A DNA stretch of 27,290 nt from Candidatus Heimdallarchaeota archaeon B3_Heim. GTDB taxonomy: Archaea; Asgardarchaeota; Heimdallarchaeia; Hodarchaeales; Hodarchaeaceae. Position 1 is the first letter of the stretch; every line of letters begins with the position of its first letter. Both the position numbers and the translations under genes were made by a program. Below are positions 1 to 8,036 of this stretch, one piece after another. The stretch spans positions 1-27,290 of the forward strand of contig NJBF01000043.1 in assembly GCA_003144275.1 (NCBI GenBank). Reading direction: 5' to 3'. Below the pieces are notes generated by a model. That model was not told the DNA's origin. It did no database searches and saw only the letters and a list, made by a program, of their open reading frames with translations.

Positions 1-160
1 TTTCGTGGCGGAAAGCGAGGTAGTTTGATTTTGGTCATGATAACTGCTAATCACTTTTCTCCACATTTAAGTCTTTCCCCTTCGAGATTTCATGACATTC
101 ACCTTCTCCCATAGTTACGAAGTACTGTTACGTTTGAAGACATTGGATAATTAAAGAACT

Positions 161-958
161 TTATTTCCTTCCTATAAAGAATAGATGTGAAGCTGAACCA
201 TACTGATTGATTCGATTTTTAATCCTCACTCCTTCCAGTAAAAGCTCTTTTACAAAAGAATTGTTTTCAAGAATTCCATTATCAAGTCCTTTCTGCAATT
301 TATCAAGGTTTTTATCAACCTCTTTTAATGCAAGGTTAATAATACTGGTGTTATTCGGATTATCACACTTGTATTTGTCATCACAGAGTATACAGTTTAC
401 AGAATGAGTAGATTCGGTAATAAATTCAGGGTTAAGTTTTAATTGCGATGCAAACAGTTTAATTTCTTTTTTTGTCAACGTTTTATTATGAGGGATACCA
501 AGTAAAGAATCGATTTTTGCACCCCAATGATGACACAAAATATCGGATTTCTGAGCCTCAGACTGGGGTTCGTCACGGAACATTTCCTGAAGAATGAAGT
601 AGCCATTAGGTCTTAATACTCTTTCCATTTCAACCAGTACTTTCTCAATGGATGTTAAATGATGTAACGAGTGGGATATAGAGACTGTATCAAAGGAAGA
701 ATCGTCAAATTCGAGTAATTCAGCATTCATTTCAAGAAATTGGACAGGGTTGTCGGAAAAACGTGTATCATCCCATTTTTCTCTTGAGATATCAATTCCA
801 ATGAAAGAATCATAATCTAGTAATAAATCTATCAGAGTTCGAATAAAACTTCCACCTTGAGTCGCAACATCAAGTATTTTCCCTCCAGCGATAGATTCTA
901 ATTGTTTTTTTATATCAGGGGCTCTAGAATTTGCCAAATCTCTTGGTAAATGTTCCAA
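161..958 (-). CDS. Class I SAM-dependent methyltransferase (Methyltransf_11/UbiE-like fold)
   Basis: Motif I variant KILDVATQGG, acidic motif II FIGIDIS, post-II MNAELLEFDDSSFDTV, SHSLHHL, and MERVLRPNGYFILQE. The TTG start is from the ORF track and is uncertain. Confidence 0.85.
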   Translation of the reverse strand: MEHLPRDLANSRAPDIKKQLESIAGGKILDVATQGGSFIRTLIDLLLDYDSFIGIDISREKWDDTRFSDNPVQFLEMNAELLEFDDSSFDTVSISHSLHHLTSIEKVLVEMERVLRPNGYFILQEMFRDEPQSEAQKSDILCHHWGAKIDSLLGIPHNKTLTKKEIKLFASQLKLNPEFITESTHSVNCILCDDKYKCDNPNNTSIINLALKEVDKNLDKLQKGLDNGILENNSFVKELLLEGVRIKNRINQYGSASHLFFIGRK

Positions 959-1129
959 GATACGAAACTCCGTAGAAAATAATTTAATTCGAAGTTCTCT
1001 GTAAAATCACTTCCTTAAAATCTATACTATGATGGCAAAGTTTCCCTTCTAAAAGAAATCTTTTTACCAATACAGAAATCTTCAAACTTAAATAAATCAA
1101 AATTAATTGAAAATGTCTTGGGTTAATCA

Positions 1130-2086
1130 ATGGCTAATAAACAGCAGGACGAATCAATAATAGAATGGTTACTCAAAGGAGATCCATCCATTCGATGGCA
1201 AACAATGAAAGATCTAGGTAAGTCTCCAAAAAGAGAAATTTTTAAGGAACGATCCAAAATAGAGCAAGAAGGGTGGGGAAAAATGCTTATGGATTTCCAA
1301 GATCCTGCTGGAACATGGGGTAATAACTATTATACTCCAAAATGGACTTCTACAACATATACCTTACTACTCTTACGAAGATTGGGAATAAATCCTCTGA
1401 ATGAACGATGCAAACTTGGATGTAATTTATTACTGACTAATGGCCTTTTAAATGATGGAGGGATAAATTATTCTAAAACAAAGAAGAAAAGAAGTGAAAC
1501 CTGTATTACAGGCCTCGTTTTTGGCATCCTTTCGTATTTTAAACTAAAGGATGAAAGGATGGAGATGATTCTCGCCTATTTAATCAAAAATCAAATGGAA
1601 GATGGAGGATGGAATTGTAGGTTTCCTCGTGGAGCGACCCATGCATCATTCCATACAACTCTCATGGTCTTAGAAGCATTATATGAGTATCAAGAATCAT
1701 TCTCCAATAAAAATTCTAAAGAAATACTTAGAATGCGACAACGGGCACAAGAATTTCTCTTACTCCATGAGCTTTACAAATCTCATCGGACTGGTGAGAC
1801 GGTAAGCACGAAGATGACGATGTTATCTTTCCCACCGAGATGGCACTATACTGTGATCGCAGCGTTGGACTATTTTCAGAAAATTAACCATGAGAAAGAT
1901 GAGCGTTTCTCCGATGCAATTAAGATTTTGACTAAAAAAGAGAAAAAAGGAAAATGGCCCCTTCAGTCCCCAATAAAAGGAAAAATCTGGTTTGATATGG
2001 AACCCGTTCGCTTTCCAAGTCGATGGAATACCTTAAGAGCCCTTAGAATTTTACAATGGTGGAATCAAGAAAGACAAAGAATCTAG
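1130..2086 (+). CDS. Prenyltransferase/squalene-oxidase repeat (alpha/alpha toroid) protein, function unknown
   Basis: QW-like repeats (QDPAGTWG, LLNDGGINY, NQMEDGGWNC, KKGKWPL). The terminal motifs DPSIRWQTMKDL and PSRWNTLRALRIL match my recollection of an uncharacterised, widespread family often labelled squalene cyclase. One barrel only, no DxDD motif. Confidence 0.7.
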   Translation: MANKQQDESIIEWLLKGDPSIRWQTMKDLGKSPKREIFKERSKIEQEGWGKMLMDFQDPAGTWGNNYYTPKWTSTTYTLLLLRRLGINPLNERCKLGCNLLLTNGLLNDGGINYSKTKKKRSETCITGLVFGILSYFKLKDERMEMILAYLIKNQMEDGGWNCRFPRGATHASFHTTLMVLEALYEYQESFSNKNSKEILRMRQRAQEFLLLHELYKSHRTGETVSTKMTMLSFPPRWHYTVIAALDYFQKINHEKDERFSDAIKILTKKEKKGKWPLQSPIKGKIWFDMEPVRFPSRWNTLRALRILQWWNQERQRI

Positions 2087-2253
2087 TAAATCTTTTTTTA
2101 CTACGAACCATTCTTCTTGAATTTCCTAGTTCACACTTTTCCTTTGAATAATCTCAACTTCAAGTTCATTATCAGTGAAGATCTTATCTTATAGCTTTTT
2201 GCCCTCTTCCTAATTAACTTAAGTTAGGAAATTTGATCAGAATTTGATTCGTA

Positions 2254-2544
2254 ATGAATGAGAGAGAATTCCAGGAAATGAAGGAATGGAAAATTAAGGG
2301 CTTTTCAGAGGAAATAAAAGAAAAATTAGATTCGAAATTAATGGAAGACCGATATAGCTACTGGTTCCGGTATAGAAGCATTCCATGGTATAGAAAACGG
2401 AGAATAAAAGGATCTTACCCTGAAAAACTAATCAAAATGGCCTTAAACGAGCTTCAACTGGTAGCGAAGGTACGGAGAGGGAATAAAGGAGCATATATTT
2501 CTTCTTATTGGCTGATAGAATCTAAGTCTGGTATTTTGGATTGA
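2254..2544 (+). CDS. Hypothetical 96-aa basic/aromatic protein, possibly winged-helix-like
   Basis: ATG-started ORF filling the gap between two genes, with protein-like composition. An amphipathic helix EKLIKMALNEL is followed by the hairpin-like VAKVRRGNKGAYISSYWL. Confidence 0.5.
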   Translation: MNEREFQEMKEWKIKGFSEEIKEKLDSKLMEDRYSYWFRYRSIPWYRKRRIKGSYPEKLIKMALNELQLVAKVRRGNKGAYISSYWLIESKSGILD

Positions 2545-2562
2545 TATAAACTGAGATTTGAT

Positions 2563-3105
2563 TCATTTTTTTAATTCTCGCAAGACATTTTGAACAAGAT
2601 CTGTAAAAATCTTCGGGATAATTTTTCCTCCGAACTTAGCAGAAGCTTCATAGAAATCAGAACCTTGAGATCTTGCATAACGCTGCCCATCTTGAGTAGG
2701 AATTGCCTTTTGTCCAGCTAAATCAGTTTTATTGCCAACAATGAAAATTATCTTGTCATCTCCAGCAACTCCTCGGTATTCTTTTAACCAACGATCAAGA
2801 TCCTTTAATGTTTCGGGGCGGGTTATATCATAGACGCCTATACACCCTAAAGAACCCTCAAAATACGTTTTACGTAAACTCCCGAATTTTTCTTCTCCTG
2901 CGGTATCCATAAATACAATTCTAATCGGTTTAGCATCAATGATTAAACCTCGTTTGACAGTAATGTCAACCCCAAGAGTAGGTAAATAATCTTCAGAAAA
3001 AGTGTTCTCAGTATATCTTCTGATCAGAGAAGTCTTTCCAACTGAATATGTTCCAACAGAGTTTAGCTTGATTATAACCTCATTCGACAATAGTGATTTA
3101 CCCAT
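2563..3105 (-). CDS. Ras-superfamily (Rab-like) small GTPase, eukaryotic signature protein
   Basis: G1 GTYSVGKTS, G2 YLPTLG, G3 DTAGEE, G4 NKTD, G5 EASAK. RabF-like segments LGVDI, KFGSLRKTYFEGS and GVYDIT. No C-terminal Cys. Confidence 0.93.
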   Translation of the reverse strand: MGKSLLSNEVIIKLNSVGTYSVGKTSLIRRYTENTFSEDYLPTLGVDITVKRGLIIDAKPIRIVFMDTAGEEKFGSLRKTYFEGSLGCIGVYDITRPETLKDLDRWLKEYRGVAGDDKIIFIVGNKTDLAGQKAIPTQDGQRYARSQGSDFYEASAKFGGKIIPKIFTDLVQNVLRELKK

Positions 3106-3323
3106 TTGTTTTGATATTATTTTCAGTTAAAAGCAATTCGAATAATCTTTTCTCTCGATTAACAATAGATAAGGGCTACATAATGGCTATCAGGCTTTTA
3201 GGCTACACTATCTATATAAAATATGATATAATTTTTACTAAAAAGTGGGAAAACAGATACAATATAATGTATTTTGTTTGAAAATAGATTCTATAGACAA
3301 GAAATTGTGAAGTGAGGTCACTC

Positions 3324-3755
3324 ATGAAACTAAGTCCTTCTCAAGAAACAAAAGTAAAGCGATTTATTCCAAAACATTCAGGCTCATCAGCATTCTGGTG
3401 GGTACTTCAAAGGGTCTCAGGATTTCTCGTATTCCTATTTGTATTTTTCCATATGGTAGTGAATCATTATCTAACCTTATGGCCAGGTATGGAGTCACGT
3501 CCTGAGTTAGAAGACGGGATTGCCTCGTTCTCCGCTGTACAGTGGAAAATGCAAAACCCGTTGTATTTCTGGATATCCATTTTATTTGTGGTATTTCTTA
3601 TGTTGCACATGTTAAATGGATTTAGGATGGTAGTACTTGATGTAGCAACAGGTCATTCATTTCGAAAGATATTTGGTATCTTGTTACTACTTATTGGAGT
3701 GTTAGCGGTAATATACGCTTTTACACTTAATTCAACAATCTTATCTCTCGGGTGA
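3324..3755 (+). CDS. sdhD: Succinate dehydrogenase/fumarate reductase hydrophobic anchor subunit (SdhD-type)
   Basis: Three TM helices; WWVLQRVSG...FFH and LHMLNGFRMVVLD motifs, with KMQNP before helix 2 as in SdhD-type anchors. Start moved from GTG 3312 to in-frame ATG 3324 because GTGAGGT (3312-3318) looks like the RBS. Confidence 0.8.
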   Translation: MKLSPSQETKVKRFIPKHSGSSAFWWVLQRVSGFLVFLFVFFHMVVNHYLTLWPGMESRPELEDGIASFSAVQWKMQNPLYFWISILFVVFLMLHMLNGFRMVVLDVATGHSFRKIFGILLLLIGVLAVIYAFTLNSTILSLG

Positions 3756-3760
3756 TAAAA

Positions 3761-4276
3761 GTGTCAGAAACTGAAAATATTGTGCATCAGTCACAAGTAG
3801 AAACAGATAGTCACGGTTCCAAATTTTACAGGTGGTTTAAGCCCTTCTCTCGAGGCATAGGAATGTATTCTTGGTTAGCTCAACGATTAACGGGACTACT
3901 CCTTATAATGTACGTTTTCATCCACTTTGGGATTATTGGAACAATGTTATTAGACACATTCCTTGGGTTTGAAACCCCAGGTTTACTGTATAATAGTATC
4001 ACCGCAGCAATGGGGTCGTCTCTTGTTGCAGGTATGGGTTTTCCTGAAGTAGTGGAAAGTATGCTTCGTTTTTCCTACATTATCGATGCGGGATTAATAG
4101 CCGCATTAGTTTATCACGGTTATAATGGAATCAGAGTAGTTCTGTTCGATTTAGGAATTGGAATTCGTAAACAAAAGCAGATTTTCTGGATACTCTTGAT
4201 ACTTGGTATAATCTCTTACATATTAGCCATGTATCTTATTATGATCGTTCCAGAAATTGTGTTAGCTGGAGAGTGA
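3761..4276 (+). CDS. sdhC: Succinate dehydrogenase/fumarate reductase cytochrome b subunit (SdhC-type)
   Basis: [12 protein letters not shown]...FIH and [15 protein letters not shown] motifs, three TM helices. Start probably GTG 3761 after a GGGTGA RBS that overlaps the sdhD stop (the ORF track gives 3752). Confidence 0.82.
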   Translation: MSETENIVHQSQVETDSHGSKFYRWFKPFSRGIGMYSWLAQRLTGLLLIMYVFIHFGIIGTMLLDTFLGFETPGLLYNSITAAMGSSLVAGMGFPEVVESMLRFSYIIDAGLIAALVYHGYNGIRVVLFDLGIGIRKQKQIFWILLILGIISYILAMYLIMIVPEIVLAGE

Positions 4277-4283
4277 AAAGACA

Positions 4284-6002
4284 ATGATAAAAAGACATTC
4301 AGTATTAGTGGTCGGTTCTGGTCTATCAGGTATGCGCGCAGGGATCGCTGCTAAAGAAAGTGGGGTAGATGTTGCTGTAATATCTATCTGTCAACCAGTA
4401 AGAAGTCATAGTGTAGCTGCACAAGGAGGAATCAATGCACCATTAGGGAATGCGCCTGAATCAAAAGATGATTCAGTCGAACGACATGCGTTTGATACAG
4501 TGAAGGGATCGGATTATCTGGCTGATCAATCAGCAGTCCTTAAAATGATTGGTTTAGCTAAAGAAACTATCTATGAGCTTGAACATTGGGGGTGCCCATT
4601 TTCACGATTCGAGGACGGTAAGATCGGCCAACGCCCATTTGGAGGCGCTGGATATCCTCGTACTTGTTTTGCTGCCGATAGAACAGGTCATTCTGTAATT
4701 CATGTTCTTTGGGAAAGATCTGTGAAATTAGGGGTTCCTGTTTACGAAGATCGATTCGTAGTCCGGATTGCTACCAAAGATAAAAAAGTTACAGGTCTGA
4801 TAGCTCTGAATTTTGTAACTGGTGAGCTTGAAATGTGGGAATGTGACTCTATTGTTTTTGCTATTGGTGGAGCTGGCCAGATTTATGGAGCCACATCAAA
4901 CGCTCTAAATTGTACAGGCTTTGGAATAGCGGTAGCTGCATGGGCAGGTGTTGCCATGAAGGATATGGAATTTATTCAATTTCATCCAACTTCTCTATAT
5001 GGTAACAATGTTCTTATCAGTGAAGCTGCACGTGGAGAAGGTGGTTATCTCCGAAACAATAAAGGTGAACGCTTCATGGAGAAGTATGCACCTGGAAAGA
5101 TGGAATTAGCGCCTAGAGATATAGTCTCGCGTTCAATATATCAAGAAGTATTAGAAGGTCGAGGTTATGGAACAAAAGAGAATGGTTATGTCCATCTTGA
5201 TTTAACGCATCTACCTGAGTCACAAATCCTTGAAAGGCTTCCTCAAATTCGCGAACTTGCTCTCCGGTTCTCAGGTCAAGACATGGTGAAAGATCCGATC
5301 CCAGTTCAGCCAGGATTTCATTATCTTATGGGAGGAATCCATGTAGATGAAAACTGCGCAAGTCAAGAGTTAGCTGGCTTTTACGCGACTGGGGAAGGCG
5401 CCTGTATTTCTGTTCATGGTGCCAATCGGCTTGGTGGCAATTCTCTTTTGGGATGTGCTGTTTTTGGCAAAGTTGCAGGCTTAGAGGCAGCTAAATATGT
5501 GAAAGAGTCTCCACCAGTTTTTGATGCCCAATATTCCATTTTTGATGAGTATAAAAAACAACAAGAAGAAATAGATTATTGGTACAGTGGTGAAGGTAAG
5601 AATGATCCCTTTGAGATCATGGAAGAAATGCGAGATATAATGAAGTTAAATGTCTTTGTTTATCGTGAAGAAGCTGATCTCCAGAAAGCCTTAGATAGTA
5701 TAAGAGCACTGAAAAAGAAGTTCAATGAAGGAGTCTATCTTAAATCGAAAGTTAGGCAATACAATAGAGAATTAGAATGGGTATTTGCTCTTAAAGGAAT
5801 GCTTGATGAATCTGAAGCCATATGCATGGGAGCTCTTGCTAGAAAAGAATGTAGAGGTAGCCATTGGCGTCTTGACCATATGAAGAGAGATGATGATAAT
5901 TTCTTGAAACATAGTCTAGTAAACTTCGAAAATGGTGAAGGAAAGCTAAGCTATCAAGATGTCATTATCACGAAGTGGCAACCAGAGGAGCGTAAGTACT
6001 GA
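4284..6002 (+). CDS. sdhA: Succinate dehydrogenase/fumarate reductase flavoprotein subunit
   Basis: FAD motif VVGSGLSG, covalent-FAD His in [52 protein letters not shown]-terminal ECRGSHWR. Confidence 0.97.
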   Translation: MIKRHSVLVVGSGLSGMRAGIAAKESGVDVAVISICQPVRSHSVAAQGGINAPLGNAPESKDDSVERHAFDTVKGSDYLADQSAVLKMIGLAKETIYELEHWGCPFSRFEDGKIGQRPFGGAGYPRTCFAADRTGHSVIHVLWERSVKLGVPVYEDRFVVRIATKDKKVTGLIALNFVTGELEMWECDSIVFAIGGAGQIYGATSNALNCTGFGIAVAAWAGVAMKDMEFIQFHPTSLYGNNVLISEAARGEGGYLRNNKGERFMEKYAPGKMELAPRDIVSRSIYQEVLEGRGYGTKENGYVHLDLTHLPESQILERLPQIRELALRFSGQDMVKDPIPVQPGFHYLMGGIHVDENCASQELAGFYATGEGACISVHGANRLGGNSLLGCAVFGKVAGLEAAKYVKESPPVFDAQYSIFDEYKKQQEEIDYWYSGEGKNDPFEIMEEMRDIMKLNVFVYREEADLQKALDSIRALKKKFNEGVYLKSKVRQYNRELEWVFALKGMLDESEAICMGALARKECRGSHWRLDHMKRDDDNFLKHSLVNFENGEGKLSYQDVIITKWQPEERKY

Positions 6003-6011
6003 GGTGATATC

Positions 6012-6755
6012 ATGAGTTCAACAAAAGAAACTAAAACCTTAACCTTTAAGATTAAACGTTTTAATCCTGTTGTGGATGATGAACCTTATTGGGATACGTA
6101 TGAATTGGATTGCGATGATGGAACAACGGTTCTAATAGCGATTCAGGAGCTTATAGCAAAGCAGGATGGCTCTATTGCGATGCGTTATAATTGTCGTGCT
6201 GGTGTATGCGGCAGCTGTGCCCTTCTTGTGAACAATAAGTATATGTTGGCGTGTGAAACTCTGGTTTTACAACTAAACAAGAAAGTCATCAAGCTAGAAC
6301 CACTTCCTTCATACCCAGTGATCAAAGATCTCGTAGTAGATATGTCCCAATTCTATGAAAAACTGTTAGCAATTGATCCGTATCTTAAACGAGATCACTC
6401 AAAGGATCCTGAAACTGAAATCTTGCAAATTCCTGAAGATTTCCATATTATCGAAGAAGCAACTAAGTGTATTCTGTGCGGTGCGTGTCATTCATCATGT
6501 GTTTCGGTATGGACGGATACTAATTATTTAGGTCCTGGAGCTCTTCTCAAAGCATTCCGTTTCACAAATGATACAAGAGATGAGGACCGAAGAGAACGGT
6601 TGAAACGAGTTACAAGTGAAGATGGCGTTTATCGTTGTCATACTGCTTTTAATTGCGTTGAAGCCTGTCCAAAGGAACTCAATCCTACAGAAGCGATTCA
6701 GACCTTGAAGCGTCAATCTGCAAAACAAACTTTGAAATTTTGGTCGAGAAGTTGA
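6012..6755 (+). CDS. sdhB: Succinate dehydrogenase/fumarate reductase iron-sulfur subunit
   Basis: [2Fe-2S] CRAGVCGSC...LAC, [4Fe-4S] CILCGACHSSC, [3Fe-4S]-type CHTAFNCVEACP. GAGGTGA RBS at 6001-6007 overlaps the sdhA stop. Confidence 0.97.
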   Translation: MSSTKETKTLTFKIKRFNPVVDDEPYWDTYELDCDDGTTVLIAIQELIAKQDGSIAMRYNCRAGVCGSCALLVNNKYMLACETLVLQLNKKVIKLEPLPSYPVIKDLVVDMSQFYEKLLAIDPYLKRDHSKDPETEILQIPEDFHIIEEATKCILCGACHSSCVSVWTDTNYLGPGALLKAFRFTNDTRDEDRRERLKRVTSEDGVYRCHTAFNCVEACPKELNPTEAIQTLKRQSAKQTLKFWSRS

Positions 6756-6820
6756 CCAAAATCAACTTTTTTCTTCAGTACTAGTAATTCTAGTACTCTT
6801 TTCTTTTATCCTAATTTTTC
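6751..6820 (+). terminator. Probable terminator of the sdh operon
   Basis: A T6 tract (6767-6772) follows a short GTTGA/TCAAC stem. Next is the inverted repeat AGTACTAG-taatt-CTAGTACT (6777-6797), then a further pyrimidine/T-rich stretch. Confidence 0.55.
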
Positions 6821-6892
6821 TATAGTCTGAAAAAATTGGGTTAATAATAAAAAGACATAATCTCGATTAACGGACATTCCTGAGTTGACACT

Positions 6893-7689
6893 ATGAGTTC
6901 ATTTTCTACAAAAAGATTTCTCATTCCATTTTTCATTGGTAGTTTAGGTTTTTTAACTATTCTTCTCTCGGAATTTATCGCGTTTGATCAAGGAGAGAAG
7001 ATTGTAGAACTCACCTGGCTTGCAAGTTTATTTGTTGTGATTTCCACCTTGATCGTCCGATTTTACTCGCTTGATGGAAGCCGTGTGAATCAAATTATTA
7101 AAGAAACGAATCCATTGAAAAGCTCTGAGTTGAGACCCCAGCGCTACTTAAATTGGATGGTAATCGCAATGATTGTTGGTCTTATTGCAACGGTGACGAT
7201 CGCCTCTGATTTTATTTATGGAATGCTTGCCTATTTAGTGATGCAACTCTGCCTGATAATCTCTTACTCTGGAATTATATCTATTAAACCATCGGAGTTT
7301 CGAACAGTTTCAAGATTGTTTCATAAGATAGTATTTTTTATTGTCGCGTGGGTGATTCTTATCCCCACGATTTATATCATATTAATTTTTAGTGGAACGG
7401 ATTCTCTTATTGTAATCCCATATGTTTTTACTATCGGAACAATGACTTGTATTTCTTGTTTGGTTTAGTTTATGATCGACGATCGCGTCTCTTTCGTTGG
7501 CTGATGGTCTTTGCTACAGGTCTGTTTGTATTTTCTGATACCTTAATCGGAAATAGCAGATATGGAACTATCGAGATCAATCTTAATTATCTGATTGATA
7601 TCACCTATGTTCTCAATATATTCTTATTATCGCATGCTATTTTGTTTTTACGGAATGAATTAGGTATGACTCCTTATAAGACTGCTTAA
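6893..7689 (+). pseudogene. YhhN/TMEM86 (lysoplasmalogenase-like) membrane protein split by a -1 frameshift near 7455-7468
   Basis: ORFs 6893-7468 and 7447-7689 overlap in adjacent frames. Adding one base in ATT TC[N] TTG TTT GGT joins them into about 265 aa (…TMTCISLFGLVYDRR…). The YhhN-like motif GLFVFSDTLIG is in the second part; FIYGMLAYLVMQ and IPYVFTIGTM are in the first. Confidence 0.65.
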
Positions 7690-7868
7690 GATAGAAGTAC
7701 AAAGGATATACAGGAATTAGGGGTTAAACATGGGAAAAATTTATAATATCGCATATATTCTTGAATATTTGTATGATATCTTTTTTTTGTTAAAGATATG
7801 GTATAAGGTAATATTGCTCAGAGTAAGAATCTATTATCTTTTCACCCTGAATTTCTGATTTCCAATAG

Positions 7869-8017
7869 AAAGTAAAGGTAGTCCTTTACTTTACAATGCG
7901 TATTTCGATTCTTTGATGGAAAAATCAGAAGCAGACGGTAATCGTATAATTAAATGAATTTATACGAAGAATTTACCATTTGAATTTTATTTAAAATTCG
8001 AAAAAGTACTTTAAATT
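7869..8017. promoter_or_regulatory. Promoter region of the opine-dehydrogenase operon with several inverted repeats
   Basis: AAAGTAAAGG-tagt-CCTTTACTTT (7869-7892); TCGTATAA-N10-TTATACGA (7942-7967); GAATTTTA-tt-TAAAATTC (7982-7999); palindrome AAAGTACTTT (8003-8012) overlapping a purine-rich BRE-like run and TATA-like TTTAAATT (8010-8017). Confidence 0.5.
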
Positions 8018-8036
8018 GTAAAAAGAGTCATTTAAC

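Noticed and set aside
1-160. Short minus-strand frames at the left edge (MTKIKLPRFPPR from ATG at 38 running off the window; MSSNVTVLRNYGRR; MGEGECHEISKGKDLNVEKSD)
   Set aside because: Too short to assign. The first may be the start of a gene outside the window, but nothing supports a call.
2081-2210. Protein-like minus-strand frame EEGKKL*DKIFTDNELEVEIIQRKSVN*EIQEEWFVVKKDLL
   Set aside because: Could be an eroded gene remnant, but it has several stops, no start and no recognisable family.
1130-3105. Prenyltransferase-fold gene near a Rab-like GTPase as a primitive Rab-prenylation system
   Set aside because: The GTPase has no C-terminal Cys, no alpha-subunit or REP-like gene is present, and the genes are convergent and separated by another ORF.
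7730-7858. 42-codon hydrophobic ORF MGKIYNIAYILEYLYDIFFLLKIWYKV... with a purine-rich upstream run
   Set aside because: Its I/Y/L/F/K composition is what AT-rich intergenic DNA gives by chance, and it spans a T8 tract (7781-7788) that more likely terminates the upstream gene.
7690-8036. Cobalamin riboswitch upstream of the B12 operon
   Set aside because: No B12-box or GGGAA/GCCACTG-type consensus was seen and the region is too AT-rich. An Rfam scan would settle it.
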